Shown piece after piece: positions 8,366 to 16,394 of a stretch of DNA of 46,458 nt. Positions within the stretch are counted from its first letter, which is position 1. Every line of letters begins with the position of its first letter. The notes under the pieces are model-generated. The model searched no databases. It had not been told where the DNA came from and saw nothing but the letters and a program-made list of their open reading frames with translations. The DNA is from a virus. Location: the IMG/VR virus record IMGVR_UViG_3300034175_000027; one strand, given 5' to 3'. A program made the position numbers and the translations under genes.

Positions 8366-8850
8366 TGCGCCCCTATGCATTGAGCATGAACGCGCTTGCG
8401 ATCGGTCCACAGCCCTGCGCAACGCTTGTTGCCAGGTGTGGAGCAGTCATAGCCAGCGGCGTATTTGAATAACAGGATGGCATCACATGCGCCGCGATAG
8501 TCGCCAGTGTTTAGGCGCTTGACGATCGTTGAGCTGCAGAACGCTGATGAGCCGATGTTGTATGACAGATCGACATACACATCATACTCAGCCTGATTGA
8601 GTGGAGCGGTTACGCAGCGCTTGAGTGCGCCCTCATATTTCGCGGTGTCGGTGAGTGCACGTTGCACCGCCCTGACAGGTGTGGTGACGTCACCCATCTT
8701 GACACCCTCAGTAGTGCCAAACCCGACAGTAGGCACATCGCCCTCAGTCGGTATCACGGCACCAGTGGTGTAGCCTTCACGCGTGAGTATGCCCACAAAT
8801 GCGGCTGCGCTGAGCGATAGCGCTGCAACGACCATACGAGCGCGGCTCAT
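8362..8850 (-). CDS. SAR endolysin (T4-lysozyme/GH24-like, phage 21 R type)
   Basis: The ATG at 8850 overlaps the holin stop. The N-terminal helix is weakly hydrophobic and Gly/Ala-rich (MSRARMVVAALSLSAAAFVGIL). The catalytic region reads ..REGY..PTEGDVPTVGFGTT.., and the C-terminus resembles P21 R (..RLNTGDYRGACDAILLF..). Confidence 0.8.
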   Translation of the reverse strand: MSRARMVVAALSLSAAAFVGILTREGYTTGAVIPTEGDVPTVGFGTTEGVKMGDVTTPVRAVQRALTDTAKYEGALKRCVTAPLNQAEYDVYVDLSYNIGSSAFCSSTIVKRLNTGDYRGACDAILLFKYAAGYDCSTPGNKRCAGLWTDRKRVHAQCIGAQ

Positions 8851-9095
8851 TAGAGCTTGCCCTCGAGTATCTTGGCCATGCGAGCCTGATGCTCTGCCTC
8901 TTGGCGATAATCCTCGCGGCGCCTGAAATACCAATTTAATGCTAGGCCAATGATCCCCAGCACAATGCCGATGATTACACCTGCCTCGCTTGATGCCCAC
9001 CAACCTAGAACGCTGGTGCCAGCCCCTGTGTAAGTGGCTTTTGATCCAACTGCCGCGAGTGTCGCGTCAAGGGTGGTTTGTTTCACTTCATTCAT
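8850..9095 (-). CDS. Holin (pinholin-like, two TMDs)
   Basis: 81 aa, immediately upstream of the SAR endolysin. TMD1 is weakly hydrophobic (..GAGTSVLGWWASS..), TMD2 is strong (GVIIGIVLGIIGLALNWYF), and the C-terminus is charged. Confidence 0.6.
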   Translation of the reverse strand: MNEVKQTTLDATLAAVGSKATYTGAGTSVLGWWASSEAGVIIGIVLGIIGLALNWYFRRREDYRQEAEHQARMAKILEGKL

Positions 9096-9544
9096 GATAC
9101 TGCCCGGAGTGCATTGGTATTTTGCGCATTGTTGTCATTGGCAGCCGTCATGGCCTCTTGTGGCTTTTCCCTCATCAGGTTTCGAACGGTGCGCTCGCAC
9201 ACATTCATGATCTCAGCGACGTACTTTGGCGGCAGCCCATCAGCCAGCATGCGAACGATCGAGCGATCACGAAACGCTCTATACAATTCCATGCATGTGC
9301 CAGGCTTGAGGATTTCCCCACCGAACACGTCGACCAATTTCATGGCGTCATGCCAGCCGAGTATTTTTACCAGTGGGTGGTTTGGCTTGAGAGATTTCGG
9401 CACGTACATGATGACGTGTGCCGAGTGTGAGTTTGGTTTTCTCGAATCTTTCGCATAACACCGCGGCAGTTGCCCAACCAAGTATAACGCCCGTTCATCC
9501 CCGATCACATCGGCTATTTCGCGAACACTTGTAGGTAACCGCAT
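9092..9544 (-). CDS. Mor-family transcriptional activator (candidate late-gene activator)
   Basis: The C-terminal part (..FGGEILKPGTCMELYRAFRDRSIVRMLADGLPPKYVAEIMNVCERTVRNLMRE..) matches the Mor/C-type pattern (GG..P, RDR.I, HTH). I chose the ATG at 9544 because of the GGTGG SD. Upstream in-frame starts at 9562 and 9628 are possible. Confidence 0.55.
   Translation of the reverse strand: MRLPTSVREIADVIGDERALYLVGQLPRCYAKDSRKPNSHSAHVIMYVPKSLKPNHPLVKILGWHDAMKLVDVFGGEILKPGTCMELYRAFRDRSIVRMLADGLPPKYVAEIMNVCERTVRNLMREKPQEAMTAANDNNAQNTNALRAVS
9128..9170 (-). promoter_or_regulatory. Predicted late promoter P-late3, inside the mor-like 3' end and upstream of the lysis cassette
   Basis: Minus-strand box GGAAAAGCCACAAGAGG at 9154-9170, with AACAAT 20 nt downstream at 9128-9133. 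The holin ATG is at 9095. Confidence 0.45.
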
Positions 9545-9633
9545 ATAACCACCAGTAATCATAAGTAATATGTGGTTAGTATAGCGCCAGTTGTGCCCAT
9601 AAGCAAAGAAAAGCTGCGCCCAAGGCACACCAC

Positions 9634-9882
9634 TTGGGCACAGAACACCCCCATTGATTTATAAGGAGTTTTTGGCTGTTTTGGTCAAAATCTGTACTGT
9701 TTGTGCCCAATGCCTGATGCTGCGCCTAAAAAGGTACGACCGTTAGATCACTGCGCATCATCGTCTGTATAAAGGCATTTAACGGTTGTATATTTCTTTT
9801 CAGACATGGAAACATAGAAACAGTGCACAGCCCAGTGTTTATAAGGGGTTAGCTGTGCCCAACTGTTTCTGACTTGGGCACA
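9634..9882. promoter_or_regulatory. Regulatory region upstream of the mor-like gene, with four TTGGGCACA sites and two TTTATAAGGRGTT boxes
   Basis: TTGGGCACA occurs at 9634-9642 and 9874-9882 (plus orientation) and at 9702-9710 and 9854-9862 (inverted). TTTATAAGG(A/G)GTT occurs at 9658-9670 and 9838-9850. A minus-strand sigma70-like promoter (TTGACC at 9683-9688, 18-nt spacer, TTATAA at 9659-9664) sits between one inverted pair. Confidence 0.45.
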
Positions 9883-9884
9883 AA

Positions 9885-9907
9885 TAAAAAACCGCCACTT
9901 GGGCGGT
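9885..9907 (-). terminator. Rho-independent terminator (minus strand)
   Basis: Minus strand reads ACCGCC-caagt-GGCGGT followed by TTTTTTAT. It overlaps the stop codon of the 110-aa ORF. Confidence 0.7.
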
Positions 9908-10239
9908 TATAGCAGCACCTCACCTGGCGTTGGGAAAACGTAATATCGCTCTAGTTTCGTCCTGCCTCTGGTGCATCCTCGCATTGTCAGCAGTCGATTG
10001 CCGAGTGCGTTGATCACCACGTTGTTGTGCTCGACACCAAGGCGCTCACATAGCTCGAGCATCGTCAGCCTGCCGTGCAATTGATGCCGCATCTGGTGCA
10101 ATTTTTTAACAGCGATCTCGGCTTGCTTCTGGTTTGTCATTGGCTTTGGTTTGAGTTTTGGCTTGGGTTTTTTCTCGCTCAATGAGAGCAGGATAATATC
10201 TAGTTTCTTGTTGATGATTTCAAACTCGCGATCGTTCAT
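9907..10239 (-). CDS. Hypothetical protein with a KPKPKLKPKP linker. It forms a stand-alone transcription unit and may be a regulator.
   Basis: 110-aa ORF bracketed by its own promoter-like region and by terminators on both sides. The C-terminal half is basic and helix-rich (..LELCERLGVEHNNVVINALGNRLL..). Confidence 0.55.
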   Translation of the reverse strand: MNDREFEIINKKLDIILLSLSEKKPKPKLKPKPMTNQKQAEIAVKKLHQMRHQLHGRLTMLELCERLGVEHNNVVINALGNRLLTMRGCTRGRTKLERYYVFPTPGEVLL

Positions 10240-10266
10240 AAATGCCTCAAGAGATAATAAGTAGAA

Positions 10267-10325
10267 GGTGACGGGATGACTGGTGACACGGGTGACAGTA
10301 TCTCCCCGGAACAGTTATTTTGCAA
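10267..10325 (-). promoter_or_regulatory. Putative promoter with three GGTGAC direct repeats
   Basis: Minus strand has TTGCAA (10320-10325), a 17-nt spacer, and GATACT (10297-10302). GGTGAC occurs on the plus strand at 10267-10272, 10282-10287 and 10291-10296, just downstream of the -10. Confidence 0.35.
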
Positions 10326-10334
10326 CAACCACAA

Positions 10335-10360
10335 ATAAAAAAGCCCGCACAATGGCAGGC
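10335..10360 (-). terminator. Rho-independent terminator (minus strand)
   Basis: Minus strand reads GCCTGC-cattgt-GCGGGC (one G:U pair) followed by TTTTTTATTT. It lies after the 68-aa membrane ORF. Confidence 0.6.
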
Positions 10361-10388
10361 AAGCATCGGAGGTCAAACTAAAATCTGA

Positions 10389-10595
10389 TCAGAGGTGAAA
10401 AATCGCCACCTCAGGATTTGAAATATACATGCTGTAACTGATAGCAACGATCGCAACCACATTGCTGGCCATGATCCAGTAATGCGAAGGCTCACGGTTT
10501 TTGATGAGCAGCAACGCGATAAACATCAGCGCGTTTGCCATTATGACAATCACTAGCGCAAGCTGTAGTGCATGATCAGCCATTATAGTCTCCAT
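10389..10595 (-). CDS. Small membrane protein (two TM helices), unknown function
   Basis: 68 aa, strongly hydrophobic (..LALVIVIMANALMFIALLLI.., ..VVAIVAISYSMYI..). It overlaps the upstream ORF by 13 nt. Confidence 0.5.
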   Translation of the reverse strand: METIMADHALQLALVIVIMANALMFIALLLIKNREPSHYWIMASNVVAIVAISYSMYISNPEVAIFHL

Positions 10596-10957
10596 CTGGC
10601 CATTAGCCAGCCTTCATAGGTGCATTGAGTAGCTTGATCGACGTAGTAATCGCCATTCCAATCAAGCCGGTATTTGCCGGGTGTCTTATTCACCTCGCCT
10701 TCGAACGCAATACGCTCACGCTCTCGAGCATCGGCTATTGCCTTACTGGCAAATGGTGCCGCCTTGTCAGTGAGGTTGTACAGAAACGGGCAATCAGGCT
10801 CTGGCTGTATAACGCCAATCTCAAGCCCATAATTCAACAGTGCCAGAGATGCACCATAACCCCTCCCGATGCGCGACTGTAGCGTCTGCATCCCGAACGG
10901 CTGGCCATCATGGTCGATCGCGAGCTTGCACAGCATTGCCTGGTGATCAGCACTCAT
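10583..10957 (-). CDS. Hypothetical protein
   Basis: ORF in the early-operon context. The ATG at 10957 is preceded by a GGGGG SD, while the longer start at 10981 has no SD. Confidence 0.55.
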   Translation of the reverse strand: MSADHQAMLCKLAIDHDGQPFGMQTLQSRIGRGYGASLALLNYGLEIGVIQPEPDCPFLYNLTDKAAPFASKAIADARERERIAFEGEVNKTPGKYRLDWNGDYYVDQATQCTYEGWLMARWRL

Positions 10958-11057
10958 ACGGCACCCCCAAACGCCACCCATAAAAGCCAGACAGAAACAG
11001 CGATATAGAACACAAACGATAAGTCGCGGCGCACTTCGTCACTCATAAATCACCTGA

Positions 11058-11354
11058 TTAGTTTAGGTCATCGCGATCCTGCTGCGAGCAGTAGCGACAG
11101 GTTTGGATTGATCCTGGCACGCAGGTGCAGGGGTTGCTGGCATGATTCACGCATCTGTCGTTATCGGCTTTCTCTGGTGATGATTGGCGCGTGTTCCAAT
11201 GCTGTTGCGGTGCTTGACCCCCGCACACTCCGCAATAAACATTAGCCATTTCTATGCCGTAAATCTCTACAAGCGGATTACCCAACAACCTAAGAAGGTT
11301 ACTCCCGCAAAATGGGCACGGCTTCCATTTTTCTTCTTTCGTAATATCACTCAT
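11058..11354 (-). CDS. Zinc-ribbon protein, Lar-like (restriction-alleviation family candidate)
   Basis: ..KPCPFCGSN..(x26)..YCGVCGGQAPQQHWNTR.. matches my memory of the Lar-family CPFCG...C..CG...WN.R pattern. No search was done. Confidence 0.4.
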   Translation of the reverse strand: MSDITKEEKWKPCPFCGSNLLRLLGNPLVEIYGIEMANVYCGVCGGQAPQQHWNTRQSSPEKADNDRCVNHASNPCTCVPGSIQTCRYCSQQDRDDLN

Positions 11355-11356
11355 AA

Positions 11357-12184
11357 TTACTCATCCTTTAGCGGTGGTAGCGAAACATTTTCACCGGACA
11401 ATAATTTACGCATCGCATTAGACGCATCTGTTCCAAAGTTCCATTCTGGAGAGTCGTCGCAGTTATCCATGCACCATTGAAGCCAACACTCTAGCTGCTG
11501 TATTCTGCTAGGTGCATCTGCCTTATTGGGGGATGGCTTTAGTTCAAGTATTTCTTTTATGTCATCCAAATTCCAAACACTTTTTACTAAACTACCCGAC
11601 TTGTTTTTATCGCCCCAATGATAAAAAAGCCAACCACCATCAAAACATGCAAGACAGAGATTATTTCTTTCTAAAAAATTTTGTAAAACTTCAATCTGAG
11701 TCGGCTCATCACCCCCGCCGCTTATCTCGACTGATTGAGAAAATGTGCACGGAAATCCCTCTTCGCAATTTGAGCAACCGCATCCGCTATCCGCCTGCGT
11801 TGTTTGCTGTGGTATTGGAAGCGAGCAAACCGCTATCAACTCATGGTCTTGATAAAAAGGATGTTTTGAGTAGTAAGACTGCTTTTCTTCTGCGATATTT
11901 TTGCTTTTGAAAAACTCACACCCAACTACATAACCAATTACATCCTGCCCATTAGCCCCCTCGAAACTATCGACCTTTGCGCGTAGTTGGTCGCGCTCTT
12001 CTGCGACAAGAATTTTTTCACTGATCAGTTTCGCGGCATGTTTGCGGTGATTGGCTTCAGCAGCGCTTAGGCGGACTTGCAGCGATTCAATGAATCTTAT
12101 GGTTTCTATGGCGTTTAAGCTCCCAAGGCCCTGCATTGATTCCAAAAACTCTTTTACTTTTATTGGCGTTTCAATATCCATCAT
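11357..12184 (-). CDS. Hypothetical protein in an AT-rich island (coiled-coil N-terminus, Cys-rich centre)
   Basis: 275-aa ORF. Several 60-nt rows here count 27-37% G+C, against roughly 55-60% in flanking rows. Confidence 0.6.
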   Translation of the reverse strand: MMDIETPIKVKEFLESMQGLGSLNAIETIRFIESLQVRLSAAEANHRKHAAKLISEKILVAEERDQLRAKVDSFEGANGQDVIGYVVGCEFFKSKNIAEEKQSYYSKHPFYQDHELIAVCSLPIPQQTTQADSGCGCSNCEEGFPCTFSQSVEISGGGDEPTQIEVLQNFLERNNLCLACFDGGWLFYHWGDKNKSGSLVKSVWNLDDIKEILELKPSPNKADAPSRIQQLECWLQWCMDNCDDSPEWNFGTDASNAMRKLLSGENVSLPPLKDE

Positions 12185-12386
12185 TCACCCCCAACTCAAA
12201 CTTAACATCATCCCATATTAAGCGAACAATGGTGGTGACTGTTACAGCCAGCCACACCACAAAGATCACCAGTATAGCCTCATCAACCTTCTCAACGTGA
12301 TTGACTGCTGCGCACACCAAGCCGATCGCAATGACCGGGTAAACAAGCCAGCACAGCCAGAATGCCATCAATACTGTTCTAGCCAT
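12171..12386 (-). CDS. Small membrane protein (two TM helices)
   Basis: 71 aa, hydrophobic (..LMAFWLCWLVYPVIAIGLVCAAV.., ..ILVIFVVWLAVTVTTIV..). It overlaps both neighbours. Confidence 0.5.
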   Translation of the reverse strand: MARTVLMAFWLCWLVYPVIAIGLVCAAVNHVEKVDEAILVIFVVWLAVTVTTIVRLIWDDVKFELGVNDGY

Positions 12387-12759
12387 GGGTCACCGCCTTG
12401 AGATCAGCCAGCATCAAAATCATGCGGTCGCGCTCTGCTTTAAGCGCATCAATCTCACGCTGTTTGGTTTTCTCTGCTGTGTAGTGGCCAAGCGCGTAGG
12501 CTGCCTGAATGACATCAGTTTTGCGCACTTTGCGCTTGGCTATGTCGCTGGTCATTGACGCGAGGTTGTTGGCCAGCTCATCGCTCATAAAGTGCGTGGC
12601 ATGGCGCTCGTTTACAACGATCATCACGTCACCGCTTGATTGATGCGCTGGCACCAGGTTGTAGCTGCCGATCGCATTCAGCTCGAGCGCCTGCGGTAGC
12701 GCGGTGCGGTCTGCAACATCCTGCGCGATGCAGAGTTTGTGGCTTAGTTGGTTGCACAT
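12379..12759 (-). CDS. Hypothetical protein
   Basis: 126-aa ORF in an operon context. No motif recognised. Confidence 0.5.
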   Translation of the reverse strand: MCNQLSHKLCIAQDVADRTALPQALELNAIGSYNLVPAHQSSGDVMIVVNERHATHFMSDELANNLASMTSDIAKRKVRKTDVIQAAYALGHYTAEKTKQREIDALKAERDRMILMLADLKAVTHG

Positions 12760-12810
12760 AATGGGTTGCCTCCGATTAGGCTGCCGCCATTGGCTGGCGG
12801 CTATTGTTGA

Positions 12811-13197
12811 TTAGGCGTCGAATTTCACGAGCTTGAGGTTTGGCTTTGCTGGCTCATCGTCGTGAGCGTGAAGCATCTGGTGCAAGTGTTTCAGCTCGAG
12901 CGCACGGAATAGTGCTGTGAAAACCTCATCATCTGATGCTGTGCCAGCCGATCTCGCTAGCATCACTTCCATAGGCATGCGCGATGGCCCTGGCGCTATG
13001 CCAACTTGAGCAACTGATGTGCCCTCTGAGCTGTCGCTGATTGCAGCAACAAAATTGAACGGTATTCTGTGTTGTTCGCAGAGATCAAAAACCTGATCCA
13101 TCAAAGGCTTGATTTTATCCAGGTAAACCTCACGCTCGTCGTAGGTTTCGGCCTTTGCTTCTATCCAGTCTTTTACATTGAATGATGAGCTGCCCAT
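12811..13197 (-). CDS. Hypothetical acidic protein, first gene after promoter cassette A
   Basis: 128-aa ORF that begins about 50 nt downstream of the predicted -10 of cassette A. Confidence 0.55.
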   Translation of the reverse strand: MGSSSFNVKDWIEAKAETYDEREVYLDKIKPLMDQVFDLCEQHRIPFNFVAAISDSSEGTSVAQVGIAPGPSRMPMEVMLARSAGTASDDEVFTALFRALELKHLHQMLHAHDDEPAKPNLKLVKFDA

Positions 13198-13245
13198 ATT
13201 CTAATTTCCTGTGTTGTAGCCAGCGTTATTGCTTGGCTTAAACAC

Positions 13246-13289
13246 AGAATAGTATTTACCTATGTAAACAACCAATTAATTCTAGCTAT
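13246..13289 (-). promoter_or_regulatory. Conserved promoter/operator cassette A
   Basis: Minus strand reads ATAGCTAGAATTAATTGG (AT-rich upstream part), TTGGTT (13270-13275), an 18-nt spacer holding the palindrome-like ATTTAC-CTAT-GTAAAC (13254-13269), and TATTCT (13246-13251). Two more copies exist at 18288-18331 and 27352-27395. Confidence 0.55.
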
Positions 13290-13304
13290 ACAGATCGAGC
13301 ACGC

Positions 13305-13330
13305 AATAAAAACCCGCTATTACAGCGGGC
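13305..13330 (-). terminator. Rho-independent terminator overlapping the primase stop codon
   Basis: Minus strand reads CCCGCT-gtaat-AGCGGG followed by TTTTTAT. Confidence 0.65.
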
Positions 13331-15584
13331 CACCATGCTGAGGTACATCGTAATATTTGCCGTCACGCGCCTTTTTAGGCTCCCCGCCTGTTAGTTTGCG
13401 CAGTATCTTGGCAACCTCGGTGGTGTGTTTCCTGTCGAGCTTGTTGTTCATGCCGATATCAATCAGCACGTCAGTGGCATTCATAGGCTTGCATGCCGCC
13501 GCACCCACCTGCCCCCACGGGTAACGCTTCAAAATCAATTCCTCGATCGGGTCGACTGCCTCATGCTCACGGTTTAGCAGCTCGAGACTAGCTTCCTCGT
13601 GGCGCTCTAACCACCAATGCTCACCAGCCCTGAATAGCGTTGCCACCTCAGCCCACAGCTGCTGCACGTCGATTTTATGCAGGTAGTCAACACCGATAAC
13701 AGGGATAGTCCACCAGCGCACGTTGCCAGTGTCATCAGACAGGAAATTGCGAGGGTTTACGCTTGCAAAAAACACCGTGCGGCGCTGGTATCGTGACTCG
13801 AGCCGATCGTATGGCTTTCGCAGCATATCCACCTTGCTGCTGACAAACGCTTTGAGCTTGGCCATATCCGCTTTGCGAAATGTGCCATCTAACTCGCCTA
13901 GCTCCACAATCCAGTGGCTGATGGCTGAGCTGATGGTGTCTTTGTTTGACGGGTCGATACTGGCGCCCTCTTTGACCAGCTCTTGCCGATCGTAAGGCAG
14001 CAGTGATTTGATCCAGGCAGATTTGCCGAGTGACTGCTCACCTTGCAGCACCAACACACCCTTTGACCAAAAACCACTGGGGGTGAGCGCTGCAGCTACT
14101 GCCGATATCAGCCAGCGGCGCACCAGCAGCTCGAGCAACCCGCGATTAAACCCGCGCTCAGTCTGCAGGGTGTCGTACAGAGCTGACAGCCGGCTGTAGC
14201 CATCCCACGGGCGCGAGGTGATGAATTCGGCAACCGGGTTGAATTGGTTTTTGTTGGCGATGTATTTGAGGTAGTCAGGGGTATCGGCCTTGGGCATGCG
14301 GTTACGAGCACACAGGCTGTTGATTTCAGCCAGCGCACAGGCTGCAGCTGAGTCATCGCCATAATGCTGGCCAGGCACATCGATGATCACGTCTTTGGAT
14401 ATGACATTGTAGCGAACGCCTATGCCGTATTGATCCAGCATCCATTTCAGGTTTTCGTGCGTGTTGAGCGGCTGCATTTTGTCGCTCAGGTGCGGGAATT
14501 CAAACGGGCCAACGTTGCTGGATAGATCGAGGTGGTTATCGTTATCCGCTGATGGTATCGCCGCCTGCAGCTGCGTGCGCACCGCCTCGATGCCCTCGAG
14601 CTGGTGCAGGTCGTTGAAATCGGTTGGCTTGGTTTCGAGGTTGACGAATTTCGGCACCACCATGATGGCGCCTGCTGAGCTGGCAGCCTGGCGTGCGTAA
14701 TTTACCCCGTCATTGCCGTGGTTTTTGTGGTAGCGGTCATCATCAGCGGCAACGAGGATAGTGGCAGCGCCAAACGATTGACGCAGATCACGCGCGACTG
14801 TCGGAATATTGCCAGCGTCGAATGCTACAGCCACGTACCAGCCGGTTGCCTGATGGATCGTGGCGCCGGTTGAGTACCCTTCACATATGACGATGCGCGG
14901 CATGTTGCCTGATGGCTTGCCGCCAATCATGTGGAAGCCGCCACGTTTCTGGCCACCCGGCATGTAATCGCGATCGCGCCCTAGCTCGGGTGCATCGTTG
15001 GTGAAATACGCCTGCAGGCTCATCAAATGGCCATCGATATTGCGGATAGGCACCAGCAACGCCTCAGCGCCAGTGCGCCACTTGCCCACCTTGAGGCCAT
15101 ACGCCTGCACGCCTTTGCGTTTCAGGTAAGGGTGATCATCACCGCCAACGTCATTGGCCGCGAGCCATAGGTCTGTAGCTTTGGCTGCTGCCTCGGCACG
15201 TTTGCGGGTGCGCTCTGCCTCTGCCTCAGCTTCCTCGGCTTTGCGCTTGGCAATCCGCTCATCAATCTGCTGCTGCGTCAGCGGCTCGGCTTTATTCGGG
15301 TCACGGTTCCAGCCGCAGCGTTTGGCCTCACCAATGAGTGTGCCGATCGTGATTTTACCGCCAGCCCTGGCTGACTTCCACGTATCGCGAGCGTCTTTGA
15401 AATTGTATTTGTCGCTGGTTTTCGACCAGTTGTCCCATACAGAGAAACCAGCCTCTCCAAGCTCTGACTTAACGGCGCACGCCATCTGAAACCAGGTGTC
15501 GCGGTCGCAGCCTGAGTCACAGTGTCTTAGCGCCTCAGCGATTTCGTCAGTGGTTAGGTCTTGGTATGAACTCAGTGCGCTCAT
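13320..15584 (-). CDS. Primase/helicase-like replication protein (PriCT-2-like N-terminus, Toprim domain, VirE/P4-alpha-like NTPase)
   Basis: ..CDRDTWFQMACAVKSELG..FSVWDNWS.. is PriCT-2-like. ..IVICEGYSTGATI..ILVAADDD.. is Toprim. The Walker A motif GEQSLGKS lies in a VirE-like C-terminal half. Confidence 0.8.
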   Translation of the reverse strand: MSALSSYQDLTTDEIAEALRHCDSGCDRDTWFQMACAVKSELGEAGFSVWDNWSKTSDKYNFKDARDTWKSARAGGKITIGTLIGEAKRCGWNRDPNKAEPLTQQQIDERIAKRKAEEAEAEAERTRKRAEAAAKATDLWLAANDVGGDDHPYLKRKGVQAYGLKVGKWRTGAEALLVPIRNIDGHLMSLQAYFTNDAPELGRDRDYMPGGQKRGGFHMIGGKPSGNMPRIVICEGYSTGATIHQATGWYVAVAFDAGNIPTVARDLRQSFGAATILVAADDDRYHKNHGNDGVNYARQAASSAGAIMVVPKFVNLETKPTDFNDLHQLEGIEAVRTQLQAAIPSADNDNHLDLSSNVGPFEFPHLSDKMQPLNTHENLKWMLDQYGIGVRYNVISKDVIIDVPGQHYGDDSAAACALAEINSLCARNRMPKADTPDYLKYIANKNQFNPVAEFITSRPWDGYSRLSALYDTLQTERGFNRGLLELLVRRWLISAVAAALTPSGFWSKGVLVLQGEQSLGKSAWIKSLLPYDRQELVKEGASIDPSNKDTISSAISHWIVELGELDGTFRKADMAKLKAFVSSKVDMLRKPYDRLESRYQRRTVFFASVNPRNFLSDDTGNVRWWTIPVIGVDYLHKIDVQQLWAEVATLFRAGEHWWLERHEEASLELLNREHEAVDPIEELILKRYPWGQVGAAACKPMNATDVLIDIGMNNKLDRKHTTEVAKILRKLTGGEPKKARDGKYYDVPQHGGPL

Positions 15585-15898
15585 TCTTGCACCGCCAACG
15601 CGTGCAATGCACGATCAGGTGACTCACCAACGAGTTTCCATGCGGTACTGAATGCAGCGCACTGGCTTGGGGTAGGGTAGGCGTACCAATGTACGGTAAG
15701 TGTGCCACGGGTATCGGTGGCAGATTTGATCAGGCGTGTTGCCTGTTCCTCTGACAGCCCCATCATCTCGCGGGCAACTAGCATGACTTTGGTAAGGCGT
15801 TCGATGCGGTGTTTCTGGCCGTTATCGGCAATGAGGTCGATCATAGTAGAGTCATCCAAGGGTGCTAACTGAGTAGTTTCGTGTCGCACCATCAACAC
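15581..15898 (-). CDS. Hypothetical protein
   Basis: 105-aa ORF with a 4-nt overlap with the primase start. Confidence 0.5.
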   Translation of the reverse strand: MLMVRHETTQLAPLDDSTMIDLIADNGQKHRIERLTKVMLVAREMMGLSEEQATRLIKSATDTRGTLTVHWYAYPTPSQCAAFSTAWKLVGESPDRALHALAVQE

Positions 15899-15909
15899 GG
15901 GTCGTTATT

Positions 15910-16203
15910 CTAGCGTGAAGTGTCGCGCGAATACCATAGCTCGCGCACCTTATCTTCGAGTTTTTGCGCTGATTGCTTGCCGCGGCGTCCTGCTACACCA
16001 CCAGACATAACGCCTTTATCGTTTGGCTCACCCCAGATAAAGCGCCGCCTGGCACCTCTATCTGGCAGTTTGATCACCCAACGCGCCTCACATTCTGCTC
16101 TGAATTCTTCGCTGTCGCTGGTCACCTCGGTGCCATCGTGCAGTTTCACGATGTTTGGCACCCAGGTGCTAACGTTGACGCTTGGCGGCTTGATGTGCCT
16201 CAC
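15910..16203 (-). CDS. Hypothetical protein (start uncertain)
   Basis: The listed ORF reaches 16290 but would then overlap the upstream HTH gene by 90 nt. An in-frame GTG at 16203 overlaps that gene's stop (GTGA), so the shorter form is favoured. Confidence 0.4.
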   Translation of the reverse strand: MRHIKPPSVNVSTWVPNIVKLHDGTEVTSDSEEFRAECEARWVIKLPDRGARRRFIWGEPNDKGVMSGGVAGRRGKQSAQKLEDKVRELWYSRDTSR

Positions 16204-16394
16204 GATCCCGCCTGCGTTTTCGTCACGCTGATTTTCAGCACTTTGAGTGTGTGCTCTGGTATCTGGCGCAGCTTGCTGTCGCACCGCCAAATGCGCACCG
16301 TCTGCGGCTTGCGGTTTAGGATGGCAGCCACCTCGGCAACGGTGAGGTTGTGGTCATACATGAGCTGGCGCAGCTCTTGGTTTCGGTCTGTCAT
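16200..16394 (-). CDS. Small HTH DNA-binding protein (Cro/excisionase-like size)
   Basis: 64 aa. ..LTVAEVAAILNRKPQTVRIWR.. looks like a helix-turn-helix. Confidence 0.5.
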   Translation of the reverse strand: MTDRNQELRQLMYDHNLTVAEVAAILNRKPQTVRIWRCDSKLRQIPEHTLKVLKISVTKTQAGS

